NCBI GenBank assembly: GCA_012295275.1
Contig: CM022672.1
Coordinates: forward strand, 9,982,001 to 10,046,000
Length of the DNA: 64,000 nt
Direction: 5' to 3'
Source: Chrysomallon squamiferum
Taxonomy: Eukaryota > Animalia > Mollusca
Shown here: positions 25,559 through 43,917 of the stretch, one piece after another
Layout of the letters: the number at the start of each line of letters is the position of its first letter
How positions within the stretch are numbered: position 1 is the stretch's first letter
Position numbers and translations under genes: made by a program
Notes under the pieces: model-generated
Database searches by the model: none
What the model saw: the letters and a program-made list of their open reading frames with translations, nothing else
What the model was told of the DNA's origin: nothing

Positions 25559-26459
25559 GACAGTATGAAATAACTGGAATAAATATAATGTTTTTGAAAA
25601 GACCATGCAGGACATGAGGTGAGAAAAATGTTGATGCCACATGATAATTCTTTTTTCAATCAGACGCAAGGGATACTGACCATGCTGCAGACAAGAAGTC
25701 ACTGCTGGTACATTTATCAAAAAGTCGTTGACTTCAATCAAGGACACCATGTTTCGTGTAGCAATGAAATCAATTATCACACCACCTGTTACACATAACA
25801 ACATGTATATTCAGCCTAGATAAAAAAAAAAAAAAAAAAAAAAAACTTTCAAACCGTAAATTGAAATAAAATTTAAAAAAATAAAAACTAAATTAGTAAA
25901 TGGTAGCCATTATAACAGCGAAAAGTTATTTGGTTAAACCTAAAGTTAAAAACGAATCAAAGACGGATTACAATTATTTCAACCATTTTCTTGACACCGA
26001 TGCTTTCTATTTTTCTTTATGGTGGACATATCATTATATTTTCGTTCATTCATCCATCCATTAATTCATCGGATCATTCATTCGTTGAATACTGATTCAT
26101 TCAAGCATACTAGTAAATGTAAGTCTTCGGGCACCTCTCTAACTATTTCGTGCCAGCACAAAAATGCGCGACATACGTCACAATAAGTCAAATAAAACGT
26201 TTTATTCCTCGGGCGGTTAAAATAGATGTCGCATATTTTGCCTTGTCTTGAAGAATGTTTGTAGTGACTTGTACTGTTGAAACTGTTAGGGCTATATTAC
26301 GACTCGCAGTCTTTCGTTTCATATCTCACGTTTTAATATCATTTTGTTCCATTTTATGCAGCAGTAAAATTACGTTTAAGCCAGAAGCAGGGCCCCAAGT
26401 GTTACTTAAGGAAATAAAAATAAATAACAAAAGTGTACCAGTTCGAAATAAACAAGGTG

Positions 26460-26553
<94 letters not shown>

Positions 26554-26786
26554 ACGGATATCAACAAATTAAATATAAGAATCCACATTAATTAAATTAT
26601 ATGATAAACAACTGACAAATTAACAAAACTAATTAAAAAAAAACAATTAATGTAAAAATACATAATACATGCTGTCCAATTATTCTCCAGCCAATAACGC
26701 GAAAACTATACAACAATGTTTAAACTCATTATAAACGTTTTGCAGCAGAGTATGAAATGTACATAGTATAAGGTATGGACTTTTGA

Positions 26787-26888
<102 letters not shown>

Positions 26889-27384
26889 CTTATAATTACG
26901 ACAAATATATTTAGCATTTCAGTAATGATGTTATATTGGAATCCAAAAAATATAATAATAACATAAAATAAATAATAATAATAATAAAAATTATAATATA
27001 CATATTAAAAGTTATATTTTCTAGATTTAGATGAACAAATCTGTTGATAATAAATGATTAGAAATTGATTTTTCATGTATATATTCATATACACTGCTTA
27101 TTAGAGTAAAACTGTTCAGTTAGTTTCCATACAAGCAAGCCTAAGTTTCATAAATTGATTTGATAATATATATATAAAAAAAAAAAAAAACAACAAACAA
27201 AACAAACAAGAACACATTACCAGGAATAAAGAAATCCACGGAACTTGATGTGCTTTTTGTAAGCATATACACGTACGAAAATGCATATTTGTTTATGTGA
27301 ATATATACGTGCGTTAGTTTAAGTGTTTGTCTATATATATATATAATTTTTTTTTAGCGATTATTATATCAAATGAACACGTGT

Positions 27385-27458
<74 letters not shown>

Positions 27459-27468
27459 CATACATACA

Positions 27469-27504
<36 letters not shown>

Positions 27505-27997
27505 TATAAAATCTACAGGTGTTCATTTGGTATAATAATCGCTAAAAAACCAGTGTTAATATTTGCAGATAAATGAAACACCTGTCATCACACACGTAGA
27601 AGAAAACTACGACTGTAATTGTGTTTGTCTTGCTCGTTCTCGTTTTGTCGTATTTCCTTTAGTGCAGGGGACGATGGCCACATAGGAAATAATGCGAAGC
27701 CATCCATTTGTAATACGTGTTTCCTTATTTCACGATTCTCAGCAAAATTAGCTGTAAATATTTCGCCATTTGTTATGTTCTCATTATAAGTATAGGACCA
27801 GAAAAGTGGAACGCCAAACTAAGCATTTATTTGTTGGAAATCGTTTAACAGATGTTTAATGAAAATTCAAATGTGTGAATAAATATAATTTTTAGGGTGT
27901 TTCGATAAAAACAATTAAATTCAGGCTAAAATAGGTATTTATATGTACTTACATGCACGTATGTTTATGTATGTATGTACATTTTTATATATGTTTA

Positions 27998-28028
<31 letters not shown>

Positions 28029-28258
28029 GTGTATGAATGTGTATGTATCTATGGATGAATGTATGTACGTACGTATAATATGTGTCAGTATGTATTTATG
28101 CATGGATGGGTAGATAGGTGTATTATGAAAAACAATATAATAAGGAAGGGATATTTATTCAACTGTTCATCACTATAAACCATTTCGCCTGAGAGAAAAT
28201 ATATTTGATCTTAAGATATAACTTTATTTCTGAAAATAAAAAAGACCTGAAGAAATCT

Positions 28259-28310
<52 letters not shown>

Positions 28311-29233
28311 TGATCTCCCAAATGTGATTCTTCAAAACGATATATATATATATATATTTTGGCATGCATACGATTTTTTATAACATTTATTTTAATTCTT
28401 ATTGTAACTTAACCCTACATTAAGCTTTTCCCCATAATCACAATAAAATTTCGGGTATGAAACGCAACAGAAATAATTGTATCTTTTTTTCGTGTCTTTC
28501 TTTTTCTTATTGCCATTTTTTGATAAACAGTCATCAATGTATATTTGTGATTTTTTTCTCACTTTTTCTTTCACCCTCTCTTTTTATGTATGTATGTATG
28601 TAATTATGTATTTATCTACATCTATCTGTTTATTAATCTATGCCTGTCTATATATTTATCTATCTATCTCCCTGTCTATCTCTCTATGTTTATATATCTT
28701 TCTGTCTATAATTTATGTCTATAAATATATATATATATGTGCGTTTGTATGTGTGTGTCTATCTATTTGGCTTCCTTTTTTATAATGTCATTGTTTTTGA
28801 AAACTATACCAAATTTCGAAAAAAGAATTAGATCTATCAATCAATAATAACTCAAGAACCTATTCTTAAGCTGTTTTCAGTTTATTTTCATATCAAGGCT
28901 GGCTGTTTTTGTCTGTACATAATACCTACTTTTGTCTTTATATAATACCTGTTTTGTCTGTATAAAACAGTCTTTATTTAAATGGTGTTTGTTAGTCGAT
29001 AATCATGTCTGTTTTGTCAGCCTGTTTTGGTACTTTCAGCACGTTTTAAGGACTCGATGAATAAAAAAAAAAATGTCTACCTTTGGCAAACACAAGAACA
29101 GGTGGAGAAAATAAACCCTCCTTCAGGATTAAAATAAATAATTAATATATATTTTTTTATTGATTATCTCATAAGGTATATATATTTTTGTCTAAGTACG
29201 AAAAATTCAAACGTGTACATTTTTCCTGTCAAG

Positions 29234-29897
29234 ATGAAACTACTGCTATTTGCGTTGGTCGTTCTGTTGCATCTATCGCTGGTTCCAGCCGTAAGTATCT
29301 TACATGAACAGACATTTAAAACAAATTACTTTACTGAAACAGTATTAAAAATATATATTTAACTGACGGCTCAGAGAGACGGACAGACAGACACACAAAA
29401 TTAATATATGGAACAGAAGTTTACTGGTCAGTGAAATCTGTAGAGCGAATGACGGCTAGAAAAACGTTTTGATTATGACTTTGACATACCATCATACAGA
29501 CATAGAGTAGAGTGATTATTATTCTTAGAATATGGTAATCAAGGAAATTATTTGACAATACAAATCACATGCGACGAAGAACATAATAACAGCCCATCTG
29601 GTTGCTGTATTCTTTCTGAAAACACCCGAAAAGTCTACGTGATGACGTAAGAAATACAGAAAACATTACGAAGTCCATATATTTTTAAATTGGTATATAA
29701 TCCGTTGTTATACTTAGTTATTAAAACAGTCTGACTATACAACCAATATATATATATTTATATTTATTTATATTCAAACTTTATTAATAATAAAGAATAA
29801 TAATGTTAATTTATACGTTAATTTAAAAATATATTTATTTATTTAAAAATTACCCTATATTTCGTTGTTATACTTTGAAGTTTGTATGTAGGTATGC

Positions 29898-29942
<45 letters not shown>

Positions 29943-31886
29943 CTGGTGGTGTGTATAGAAATAAAAAAATTGTTTATTTTTATTTATTTATTATTAACAT
30001 TTTTATTATTTTTTTTTTTTTTTCTGTTGTTATCATCAAAGACAGACTTTCATGAAATAATCAGTTACTACGTCAGTATAAAAAATTTGTCGAATTTTTA
30101 ATATGGATTTTGATTTTTTTTTTTTTTTTTTTATTATTTTTTATTTATTTATTTTTTTTTTTTAATTTTTTTTTTTAGATTTCATTTCAGTATCGGAAAC
30201 TTTGTGAAACAGAAAGTTTCCACGGGTATTGACAAACTTATTTCTAAAATGTCATGCGACAACGGTAAGTATTACTTAAGTTTCTCTTTCTTTAAATGAA
30301 TGACAATAATTCATTAGTATTTAGGATGGATGAAATGATTTCAGAAAGCGAAGAGACAATGTGATAGATATAACTTTCAAAAGGAAAGGAATGTATATAC
30401 GTAATTCTGGTATGGGAATTCTGCCATGAATCGACACAACTTAAATCTGCCGCCATTAGTTTGTGAATATGCCAACAGGGGTGCACTGTCAGTAGTCCTG
30501 CTAAGGAGCTGAATTGATTTTTTTTTTTTTTTTTTTTTTTTTTGACACAGCGCCGAATGTTCTGGCCACATGGTTTTGTTAATCTGAAAATTTCTACAGT
30601 ACAGGTATCAGAACCTCCTGTAAAATTAAAATAAAATTAAAATAATAAAATGTTCAGTTCTTATTTCTTATCGATTTTACAGTTCTGAAGAAAATGGACA
30701 CCATGCTGTTTCGTCCGATCGCCCATGCATGTCAGTGTGTGTAAGTAAAACAAGAAAGGATTATATAATAAATAAATAAAATATTATTAAAAACAAAATA
30801 ATGCTGTCAGTCTTCGCATTCATTAAATAACTGGGGTTTTTTTTTTTTTTTTTCGTTACAGAAAAATACATGAAATTTCAAGAACTGAATATACTACTTC
30901 AATTTTGTATTAATAATAACAACAACAAATACAATAAATAAATAAATAATTAAATAAATAAAATTAACAGTTTAAATTATTTACATTAGCACCCGAAGTG
31001 CTATGATTCGCAAGATCAAACCTTCCCCTTACACTCTTTATTTTCTGAGCACAGTGGCGTCTTTTTCAAAGGCCACCATATATATGCTTTCCGTCTACGG
31101 GAAGGTGCAAATAAAACATCCACTGCTGCTAATTAGTAAAACCTAATTACACCATTTATCTTGTACAAATGTGGCGTTCCTCTCGATCAAATGTGGGTCA
31201 CCTTTGGGCTTGATAAAATAATGTGCTAGCTGTGGAGTAGACATTGGATACTGAAAGAAATTTTATTTATTTATTTATTTATTACTAATTTATTTTTCTA
31301 CTTCATAATATAAATACGTAGGATTGAAGACAGGGAAGCCAAACAAAAAGAAGACATGATGAATGTCGCAGATCTCCTAGGACAGATTTCGAATCTAGAG
31401 GAAGAAGTAGCATCATTGCAGGAACAGGTGATGTCACAACAGCAAGCCGCTGATGAGACTTCTGACAGACTGCAAGCAGTTTGCCCCGATACTTCGAATC
31501 TTCAGGGTAACATGCTTTTAGTTATAATAATATGAAATGAAACTAAATCGAATGAAATAATAAATGAAGCCGTGAATATGAATGGATAAATCTATGAAGT
31601 AGTGAATGAAAATGAATTAAAAAAATACATGTAAACGAATAACTAAATGGATGTATGTAAATAAAATAAATGAATGCATAAGTAAATAAAATAAGAAACA
31701 AAATCAATAAATGAACAAGAAAACAAACAAACAAATAAATAAATAAATAAATATATAAATAAATTATTATTAATGCATTAACATATAACGATATACAGCA
31801 ACATGCTTTCATATAATATGAAATAAATAATTGTCAATACAACTTTTCATCGCTTGATTTTCAGTTCAGTATTTCTTCTTTTTTTT

Positions 31887-31930
<44 letters not shown>

Positions 31931-32452
31931 TTACATGTTTCGTACATTAGTTAAATGTAACGAAAAAGAAAACTTCGTGTTCGCGCAGTCTGAAGACGGC
32001 TGTGAAGCGGTTTGCTACTATGCTAGTACAGACCTCGTGAACTACGCAGGCGCTGAAGAAACCTGTACTGCAGCAGGCGGCTCTCTTATGACCCTTGACA
32101 CCATGAAGAAAAACGCTTTAGTGGCAGACATCGTAAGAAAGAGTGAGCACATTTCCAAAGGGTTAAAGAAAAATATTTTAAATAGTTTTTACATAAATCA
32201 ATAAATAAATAATGACAATAAAAAAATGTAAATTTTAAATATATTTTAGAAATATATAAATAATTAAATATATTCTAAAAATAAATAAATAAATTAGAAA
32301 GAAGAAGAAGAAGAAGAAGAAGAAGAAGAAGAAAGAAAGAAAGAAAGAAAAATGAGAAGTAAAAGGAAACACGAGAAAAAAAAAAAAAAAAAAAGAAATG
32401 TAATCTAACAAAAATAAGCATAAATAAACCTTTCTAAAAGCAACAGGAACAA

Positions 32453-32488
<36 letters not shown>

Positions 32489-32790
32489 GAAAATGTATTT
32501 ATTTTATCCATAAATTTACTATCGATATTTCAGATTATAAAAGCAACAGTTTCTGGATCGGTTTGACGTCTGCTGACGGAGAGTGGTCATGGAAAGGCGG
32601 AAATCCAGTAACCTTCACAGACTGGGCTAATGGCGAACCGGATCTCAGACAAAATTGCGCGTCACTTAACAAAGCTGCCGAACACCGCTGGTTCGACTGG
32701 AAATGCACAACTGCTAACAAGAATGGAGCTCTGTGCGAACTCAAGGACGATGGAGAAACACAATTTGATACTGAAATTCAAATTGGGTAA
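29234..32790 (+). CDS. Secreted coiled-coil C-type lectin, paralog L2 (acidic; exon 1-2 junction unresolved)
   Basis: Exons 29234-29290 (MKLLLFALVVLLHLSLVPA), about 30179/30191/30213-30264 (...IDKLISKMSCDN), 30683-30740 (VLKKMDTMLFRPIAHACQC), 31322-31506 (coiled coil, RLQAVCPD), 31951-32142, 32534-32790 (FWIGL, FTDWANGEPDLRQNC, RWFDWKC, ALCE). Confidence 0.85.
30990..31150 (+). mobile_element. Degraded SINE-like fragment in L2 intron 3
   Basis: The core GGTGCAAATAAAACATCCACTGCTGCTAAT recurs in degenerate form near 22375-22420 (+) and 44450-44495 (-). From memory it resembles a conserved core of mollusc SINEs; this is not verified. Confidence 0.3.
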
Positions 32791-33613
32791 AAACAAAGAT
32801 TAAAAAAAAAAAAAAAAAAAATAGAATAAAAGAAAAAAGAAAGAAATATGGAAATGTAGTTAAGTCTTTATTTGTAGCTTTTTGACAGAAAAAAAAAAAA
32901 GGCTAAATGAAATAATAGGTAGTATTATTTATTTGTTTGTTTGGTTTGTGTGTGTGTGTGTGTGTGTGTGTGTTTTTTTTTTTTTATGTTGTTTATGTAA
33001 AATGTAACCTAATACACATTACCAAAAAAAAAAAAAAAAAAAAAAAAAAATGTAACAAAGAAAAAGAAAAGATTTTTACAAACAATCCCAAAGAAACAAG
33101 TAAAGTGAGAGCAACATTATATTGTATTATGTCTTCTTCTGTGTGTGTGTGTGGGGGGGGGGGTTGTGTGTATGTGTATCTGTTTATGTTTGTTTGTCTG
33201 TATATACGTGAGAGTATATATGTATGTGTATATGTGTATGCCTGTGTTTGTCTAAATGTGTGTATGTGTATATACGTGTATGTGTATGGGTGTATACATC
33301 TGTGTGTGTGTCTGTTTTTGTGCAGATGATTTTATGGGTGTGTGTTTCAGTGTTTATATTTGTATGTATGTATGTATGTGACTGTGTGAGTATATGTGTA
33401 TGTATGTTAGTATATGTTTATGATGAAAATATAACCATTAATTTTATTTTTGTAATATTTTATCTTAAAAAGAGGACGCCTTCTAAATACAAAATATAGA
33501 TCGTAATTTATGTCATCAGATAATAAATATTGTTTATATAAAATAAAACTGATTCCACAGGCTATATTTGAAGAAACTGATTTTAAACCATAAACGTTTT
33601 GATACACTGATAG

Positions 33614-33660
33614 CTATTGGCTCTTTCCGAACTTTGTCGAACTATTTATATCTGGGATGA
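33614..33660 (+). promoter_or_regulatory. L3 core promoter: reverse CCAAT box plus TATA-like box
   Basis: CTATTGGCT at 33614 and ACTATTTATAT (TATTTATA at 33643). Both motifs and their spacing are conserved upstream of L4. Confidence 0.55.
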
Positions 33661-33718
33661 AATAAAAAAAACGTTTGATTTCGTCTTGATAGCACAGAGA
33701 TTTGGCTTAAGTGTCATT

Positions 33719-37574
<3,856 letters not shown>

Positions 37575-38101
37575 TGTAACTGAATAAAAGTGAAATGAAT
37601 TTTCAGGTTATTTCATGTTATGTTGTTATTTATTATATTTTGCAAACATATATACATATATGAACATTGTTTTTTTGGTTGTTGTTTTTCTGATTCCCCG
37701 CCCCATAAACCCTACCATAAACAGGAAAGCAGATTTTTTAGCCATTTATAAACAATTTGTGATTACCAGTCAAAAGGACTGATCCGAGAAGCTGTCATAG
37801 CTTGTTCATGCGCCGTAACCACTGCTGAGTTTCATCCTTATACAATAAGACTAAACCTTTAAAGAAATGACAGTGAACCGCAGACTCCAAAACCTTTATA
37901 AATTCGAGTCTCTATCAACTCATCTGCCAGTTTCGCTATTTCAGAATAGATATTTGATGATAAAAAAAAAAGCTATTTGAAATGAGAAAATTCATGTCGT
38001 CTTAAATAATCCAGGTATTTTGTGCGTTAAAACCACTGACGAATAAACTGTACCTTAACCTTTAACTTTACAGCGAGCTGAAAAGATCATTATTCACAGT
38101 A

Positions 38102-38361
38102 CAGGTTGAATATCCCAAAGATTTTCGGATCTTCGAACACTTGAAGATAGCCTAAACATGAAATCTGTTTGCATTATATCCTTAGCATCTGCCCTGTTGT
38201 CATTTTTTATGTAATATTTCTAACAAACTCTGTATGTATGAAATAAGGTTGATGTACTCTGAATGGGTCCAAAAACGATAAGACATCGTTATTTCGAAAA
38301 TGAGTTTCGGATTTCTGTGGTTTTCGAATGTTGGAATTTTGATTAAGAGATACTCTGCTAG
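38102..38361. mobile_element. Old Tigger-type MITE (MER46/Tigger4-like ends)
   Basis: Starts TA|CAGGTTGAATATCCC and ends with the degenerate inverted repeat GAGATACTCTGCTAG|TA. It has subterminal TTTCGGAT motifs, which are typical of this family (recognised from memory). Confidence 0.5.
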
Positions 38362-38382
38362 TACATTAATATTTATTTTATT

Positions 38383-38425
<43 letters not shown>

Positions 38426-39319
38426 TAGTTGTATTTTCCCCCTCAGTTAGCGTCCGTATCTGTTTCCTGAAAACAATTGACATTTTTGAAATAATCATGT
38501 AGAGATAGTTTGTTAAGTCAAACATTCTATTATCTGAAAACTATATAAAAAAATATATATTCCACAAAAGAAATAACATTTATAACAAAGGACATTACAA
38601 TAAGGAAATATTTATTTAAAATTTGAAACGTTTCTAGTATATGTGTTACAAATAGGCAATCCTTGTTAAGGAAAGTGAAAATGAATGTCTGACTATAAAA
38701 AAAAAAAAAATACCGACGATTACCACAGAAATTGATATAATAATAACAAACGACAAGTTATTATTTACACATACTGTTACTTATGATCAACAAGATAAAG
38801 AATAATAAATAAATAATATTTAATAAAGAAGACGTTAATTTTCGTCGGACATGTTAACAGTATATAAAAACATATGTAATATAAATAATGAAAAAGTTAA
38901 AAATTATACAGCATTTGAAATTAAAACATAAATTATGAATTAAAAACTGTAACTTATCAATGGACGTCTCTGAAACAAAAACTCAATAAACAACAGCCAA
39001 AAAAAAAAACCCAAAAACAAAGCAGCAACAAAAAAAGAAAAGAAGAAAGAATTAAAGGAACAAGGGCAGAAAGGTTTAATTTTATTTCTAAATTAAATAT
39101 AATAATTGTTAAAACCATGATTAGTCAGCTTTATGACTATTTAACGTTTTACAAAACTACCATCTTCTTTTATAGTTTTCTAATCTAATAGAAAAGAAAT
39201 TACTACAGCGGTAATAATTACAACAACAATAATACACCACTAACAGTTGCAGTAACAACAGAACAACATCAAGAATAAACAAACAGAACCACCAACAACA
39301 ACAGTAATAATAATAATAA

Positions 39320-39350
<31 letters not shown>

Positions 39351-40195
39351 AAGAACGAACAAACGAACGAACGAATGAATGAATCAGGGCTCTAGAATAT
39401 CTGACTGATCCAACTAAATTTTAAGTATACATGAATGTAATTCCAAAGAACAGAATCCAAATTCGTTTTAGCGCTAACTTTAGTGGCATAATGTCAATAG
39501 GAATAAAATTATCACTTTAAATGCTGTTTTCTAGTTATTTAGTAATAACGTGTTTGTAAAACTGTCAGTGTTAATATCAGACTATGATGTACATTAAAAA
39601 TGTCGAGTTAATCCGTAACAATTTCATCATATTACCAAGTGTCACATTTTGAAAATAATCACGATATCGCACATCAATAAATATTCATCTACTTTGTTAT
39701 TTATTTTCTACAAAATAAGGGAAAATAAACAAATAAAAGTGATTTTTTTTATTGATTTAAAAAAAAAATTTAATAAATACTTTTTTAAGTAGGAGAAATA
39801 TTCATACTGTTTTTTTTTTTTTGTTTTTTTTTTTGTTGTTGTTGTTTGTTTTGTTTTTTGTTTGTGTTTGTTTTTTTTTATTTTGTTGTATTTTTGCAAA
39901 AAAAACAATGAAAAAAAAAAAAAATATTAAAAAAGATATTTTTTCGATTATTAAAGATCCAATGAATACATTTTTGAAATATTTGACATTTCTGTTATAT
40001 TAATAGTTTTTAGTATCATATTTTTATAATTTTTATAACTCTGAAAGAAAAAACGGCCTCTCTAGCTTGGAGCGGGTATTTATGAAAGTACTCGAGCATG
40101 TAAAATATACACAGTACCTACTACCACTTGGGGCTATTGCGTGAACGATATTAGATACTAATTTGAAAGCTTGAAAGATTTTAATACGACGATTT

Positions 40196-40240
40196 CTATT
40201 GGCTGTTTCTGTTTCGGTCAGACTATTTATATTTGAGATA
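40196..40240 (+). promoter_or_regulatory. L4 core promoter: reverse CCAAT box plus TATA-like box
   Basis: CTATTGGCT at 40196 and ACTATTTATAT (TATTTATA at 40224), homologous to 33614-33660. Confidence 0.55.
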
Positions 40241-40310
40241 AATTAAAAACGACATTTTTTTTTTTTCGGTTTAAACTAAAAGTGAGCTTAATTCCGATTT
40301 TCCTGTCACT

Positions 40311-41023
40311 ATGAAGCAGTTTTACGTAGTATTTGCTCTGCTTCTGAGTTTCAAGATGGGTGACGTTCTGTCAGAGAGTCTTCAATCGTTGTACTCTCAA
40401 GAAAATCTTCACCAAGGAAGTCCACAAGATCTTCCACAAAATCTTCAAACGCTGTATACTAACCAACAGCAGTCTCCGCAAAGTCCTCCACAGAATCCGC
40501 CACAAACGCAGTCGACGTTCTATTCCAATCCACAACAGCCTCCGCTTAATCCTCAGACGTCGTATCCCAGTCAGCAACAAATTCAAAATCAAAATCAACA
40601 GTTTGCAGCACAACGTGGAACTACAGCATTTGTAAGTAAAATATTCATCTTATTTGTATGTTTAATTCGTTCATTCATTCATTTTTTTTTTTTTTTGTTT
40701 TAATTATTATTTTTTTTTTTTTTATATATTTAATACATAATAATAAGTACATAATAATGCATCTGTGTATAAATTCTACCTGATTTAAATATACAGTTAA
40801 TACTCCTTGATTATGTTGAACCATTAATCTTTTTTTTTTTCTCTTTATTTATTTAGTTATTATTGTTATTGTTATTGTTTGTTATTGTTATTGTTATTAT
40901 TATTATTATACTTAGCGTCATAATCCTCGTCAAATTCCATGGAGCCTACATATAGATTCCAACAACTGTCAGCAGAGTAAGTACAACAATAAGAATAACA
41001 ATACCACCAACACCACCACCACC

Positions 41024-41078
<55 letters not shown>

Positions 41079-42066
41079 GTTTGATTATAGTAATAGTAAT
41101 AAAAGTGGTGGTAGTAGTTTTGGTAATATAGTAGTAAATGTATTACTAGTTAGTAGTAGAAGTAACACTAACAGTAACAGTAGTAGTAGAATTAATAGTA
41201 TTAATTTTAGTAGTAGCAGTAGTATTATTAATAGCAGTAGTAGTAATAATAATTATGAAGATGATGATTAAAAAAAATAAAAAAAAAGCAATTTTTTTTA
41301 AAAATTTAATATATTAGCGTAAAAAAAAAAAACAGAATGCTATACCAGTACGCTAGAAAACGATGACCACAAATTTCTGTTATGTTCTAAGACACAATTT
41401 TGACTGAAGTATCTCTCAGTGCAAAAGTTTTGGTTCCCATCTTGTCTAGTTTCACTTAATGGTACATTTATTTATACACGATAATGTTTTGTTATCACAC
41501 ATAAATACACAAACAAAACCAAAAAAAAAAAAAAAATTAAAAATAAAAATAAATAAATAGATAAATAAAAAGATTAAAAAACCCCAACAAAACAAACAAT
41601 CTGTTAGATTCTTTATTTAAGAAAGTTAAAACACATCCTATTTTTTTTTCATTTCAGTTCTGCAGTACATTTCCCAGGGGAATCCGTTGCCTATTCCCTA
41701 CAGATGTGACTGTATGTAAGTTACTTCTCTCCATCCATCTGCACACACACGTACGTACATATTTAAACACACATACGCGCTCGCGCACACACCCACCCAC
41801 CCACCCACACACACATTAATATTCGTCTTATTATTATTATTATTTTTATTATTTTTTTTTTTTATTTTTTTTTTTTTTTAACTGATCAGAATTGATGACC
41901 TGAAGTCAAAAGAAACTGAAAACCAAAAGATTTTGGATCAGGCTACAGAGATGCAAAATAATCTCTCGGCACAAGTAAGAAAAGCAAAACAAGAACTAGA
42001 AAAAGCTTTACAGAACAAGAATAATTGTCCAGACACAAGTGCACTACAAAGTAAGAAGAATGTATA

Positions 42067-42109
<43 letters not shown>

Positions 42110-42732
42110 AGTGGTACCGTGACTTACGAGTTTAATTCGTTCCGTGGCCAACCTCGTAACTCAGTTTGCTCGTATATCAAATCAATATTCCCAGCTGAAA
42201 TTGAATGAAATACCATTAATCGGTTACTAACCCCCAAAACACACTAATGTTTTGTGGCGTGTTTTTAACAAATTAATTAAACGCCTTTGGCTGGAGTTAC
42301 AGCCTTGATCGACTCCTTCTGCTTCAGTATTGTACATATCGTAGAAGTACACGCTCGTACTGCCTAGCCGAGTCGACTACATACACACCTTGATCATGTT
42401 TTTCTATGATTTCATGCTTTAATTCAATGGACATCATCCGCTTCTTCTTCTCAACATTGTCCTTTGCACTCACTTTCTTAGAATCCATGGTCAGAAAAAC
42501 GAAATTTGGCAAACTACTGCACAAAACACGAACATAACACAACAGAGATGCTTCCACAGCGAGGTAATCACGTGACGTAAATGAGTGAGACGGGGTTGCT
42601 GGCCGGATGGTGTGTTGTTCGTTGCGCCAATTAGCGGCGGCGTATCTAAGGCTCGCTCGCAACTCAAAGCAAAAATCGATCGGGCGACTGCTCGTAACTC
42701 AGACAACTCGTAAGTCAAGGTACCTGTCTGTA

Positions 42733-42779
<47 letters not shown>

Positions 42780-42837
42780 GTGTGTGTATGTGTGTGTGTA
42801 TATGTGTGTATGTGTTGGAATATTTTTATATATACAC

Positions 42838-42895
<58 letters not shown>

Positions 42896-43047
42896 GTGTG
42901 AATAGTTTGTGTGTGAATTTATGCGTGTATGTGTGTAAATAATTTTTAAAATAACATGAACTGAAATGGCACATAACCAAATGATCAAACAGATAAGTAA
43001 AAAAACAAACAAACAAACAAAAATAATTAAAGTCTATCCGCTTGCTA

Positions 43048-43094
<47 letters not shown>

Positions 43095-43876
43095 TACTTT
43101 TATATCTTAAATAATTTGATACTTAAAACTCTGTTTACTTCCTGATTTTTGTCATTGCAAAGGCTGTGAAAAGTCTATGAAAAGGAAAAAATATTGCAAA
43201 GTATAATTTTTAGAAGGAAAAATAACTTTATTATTTTGTTTCTCTCTCCTGTTTTAGATAAATGCACACAACATAACGGTTTCACATTTGTAAAATCAGA
43301 GCATGGTTGTGGTGCTATTTGCTACCATTTGCTTTCCAATACAATGTCATTTGCTGGTGCAGTGGTAGAATGCCGTAAAATGGGAGGCTATCTTGCCAAA
43401 CTAGACAACGTGGTGAAAAATGCCCTGATAGCCAACGAAATAAGATCAGTTCGTAAGTATAAAACTCCATTCTGTTATGGATATAGTTTTCATTTTTGTA
43501 AATTAAAATACATTTCTATATATTATGTGTCAGATTTTCACCTCCTCATTAATTTTTTTTTACGTATAAAATAATAATTATATACATTTAATATATATCG
43601 TATAAAATAAATTGTATAAGTCAAAGGTAATAACAGATAATATTAAACATAATAAATAGAACATGTACTTTGAATAATATAAACTGAAACACTAGCAGCC
43701 TCTGATACATAATCTCTAACCCAACATAAAAGAGACAATATCTGACACAACATAGTAGAGAAACACTCTCTGACAAAACATAACAGAGACAATCCCTGAC
43801 AGAGACGCAATCTCTGACAACACATAACACTAAGACTACTCTAAAACAGATGTCATGATCAAACTAAATCATTTAC

Positions 43877-43917
<41 letters not shown>

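Noticed and set aside
25560-25845. Complex sequence ending in poly-A, a possible retrocopy or fifth lectin remnant
   Set aside because: No lectin motifs or recognisable protein were seen in the frames read, and no target-site duplication was found.
29529-29646. Open 118-nt segment with AG/GT ends in L2 intron 1 (YGNQGNYLTIQITCDEEHNNSPSGCC...)
   Set aside because: It requires a phase-1 entry that exon 1 does not provide and has no counterpart in the three paralogs. It is kept only as a remote alternative.
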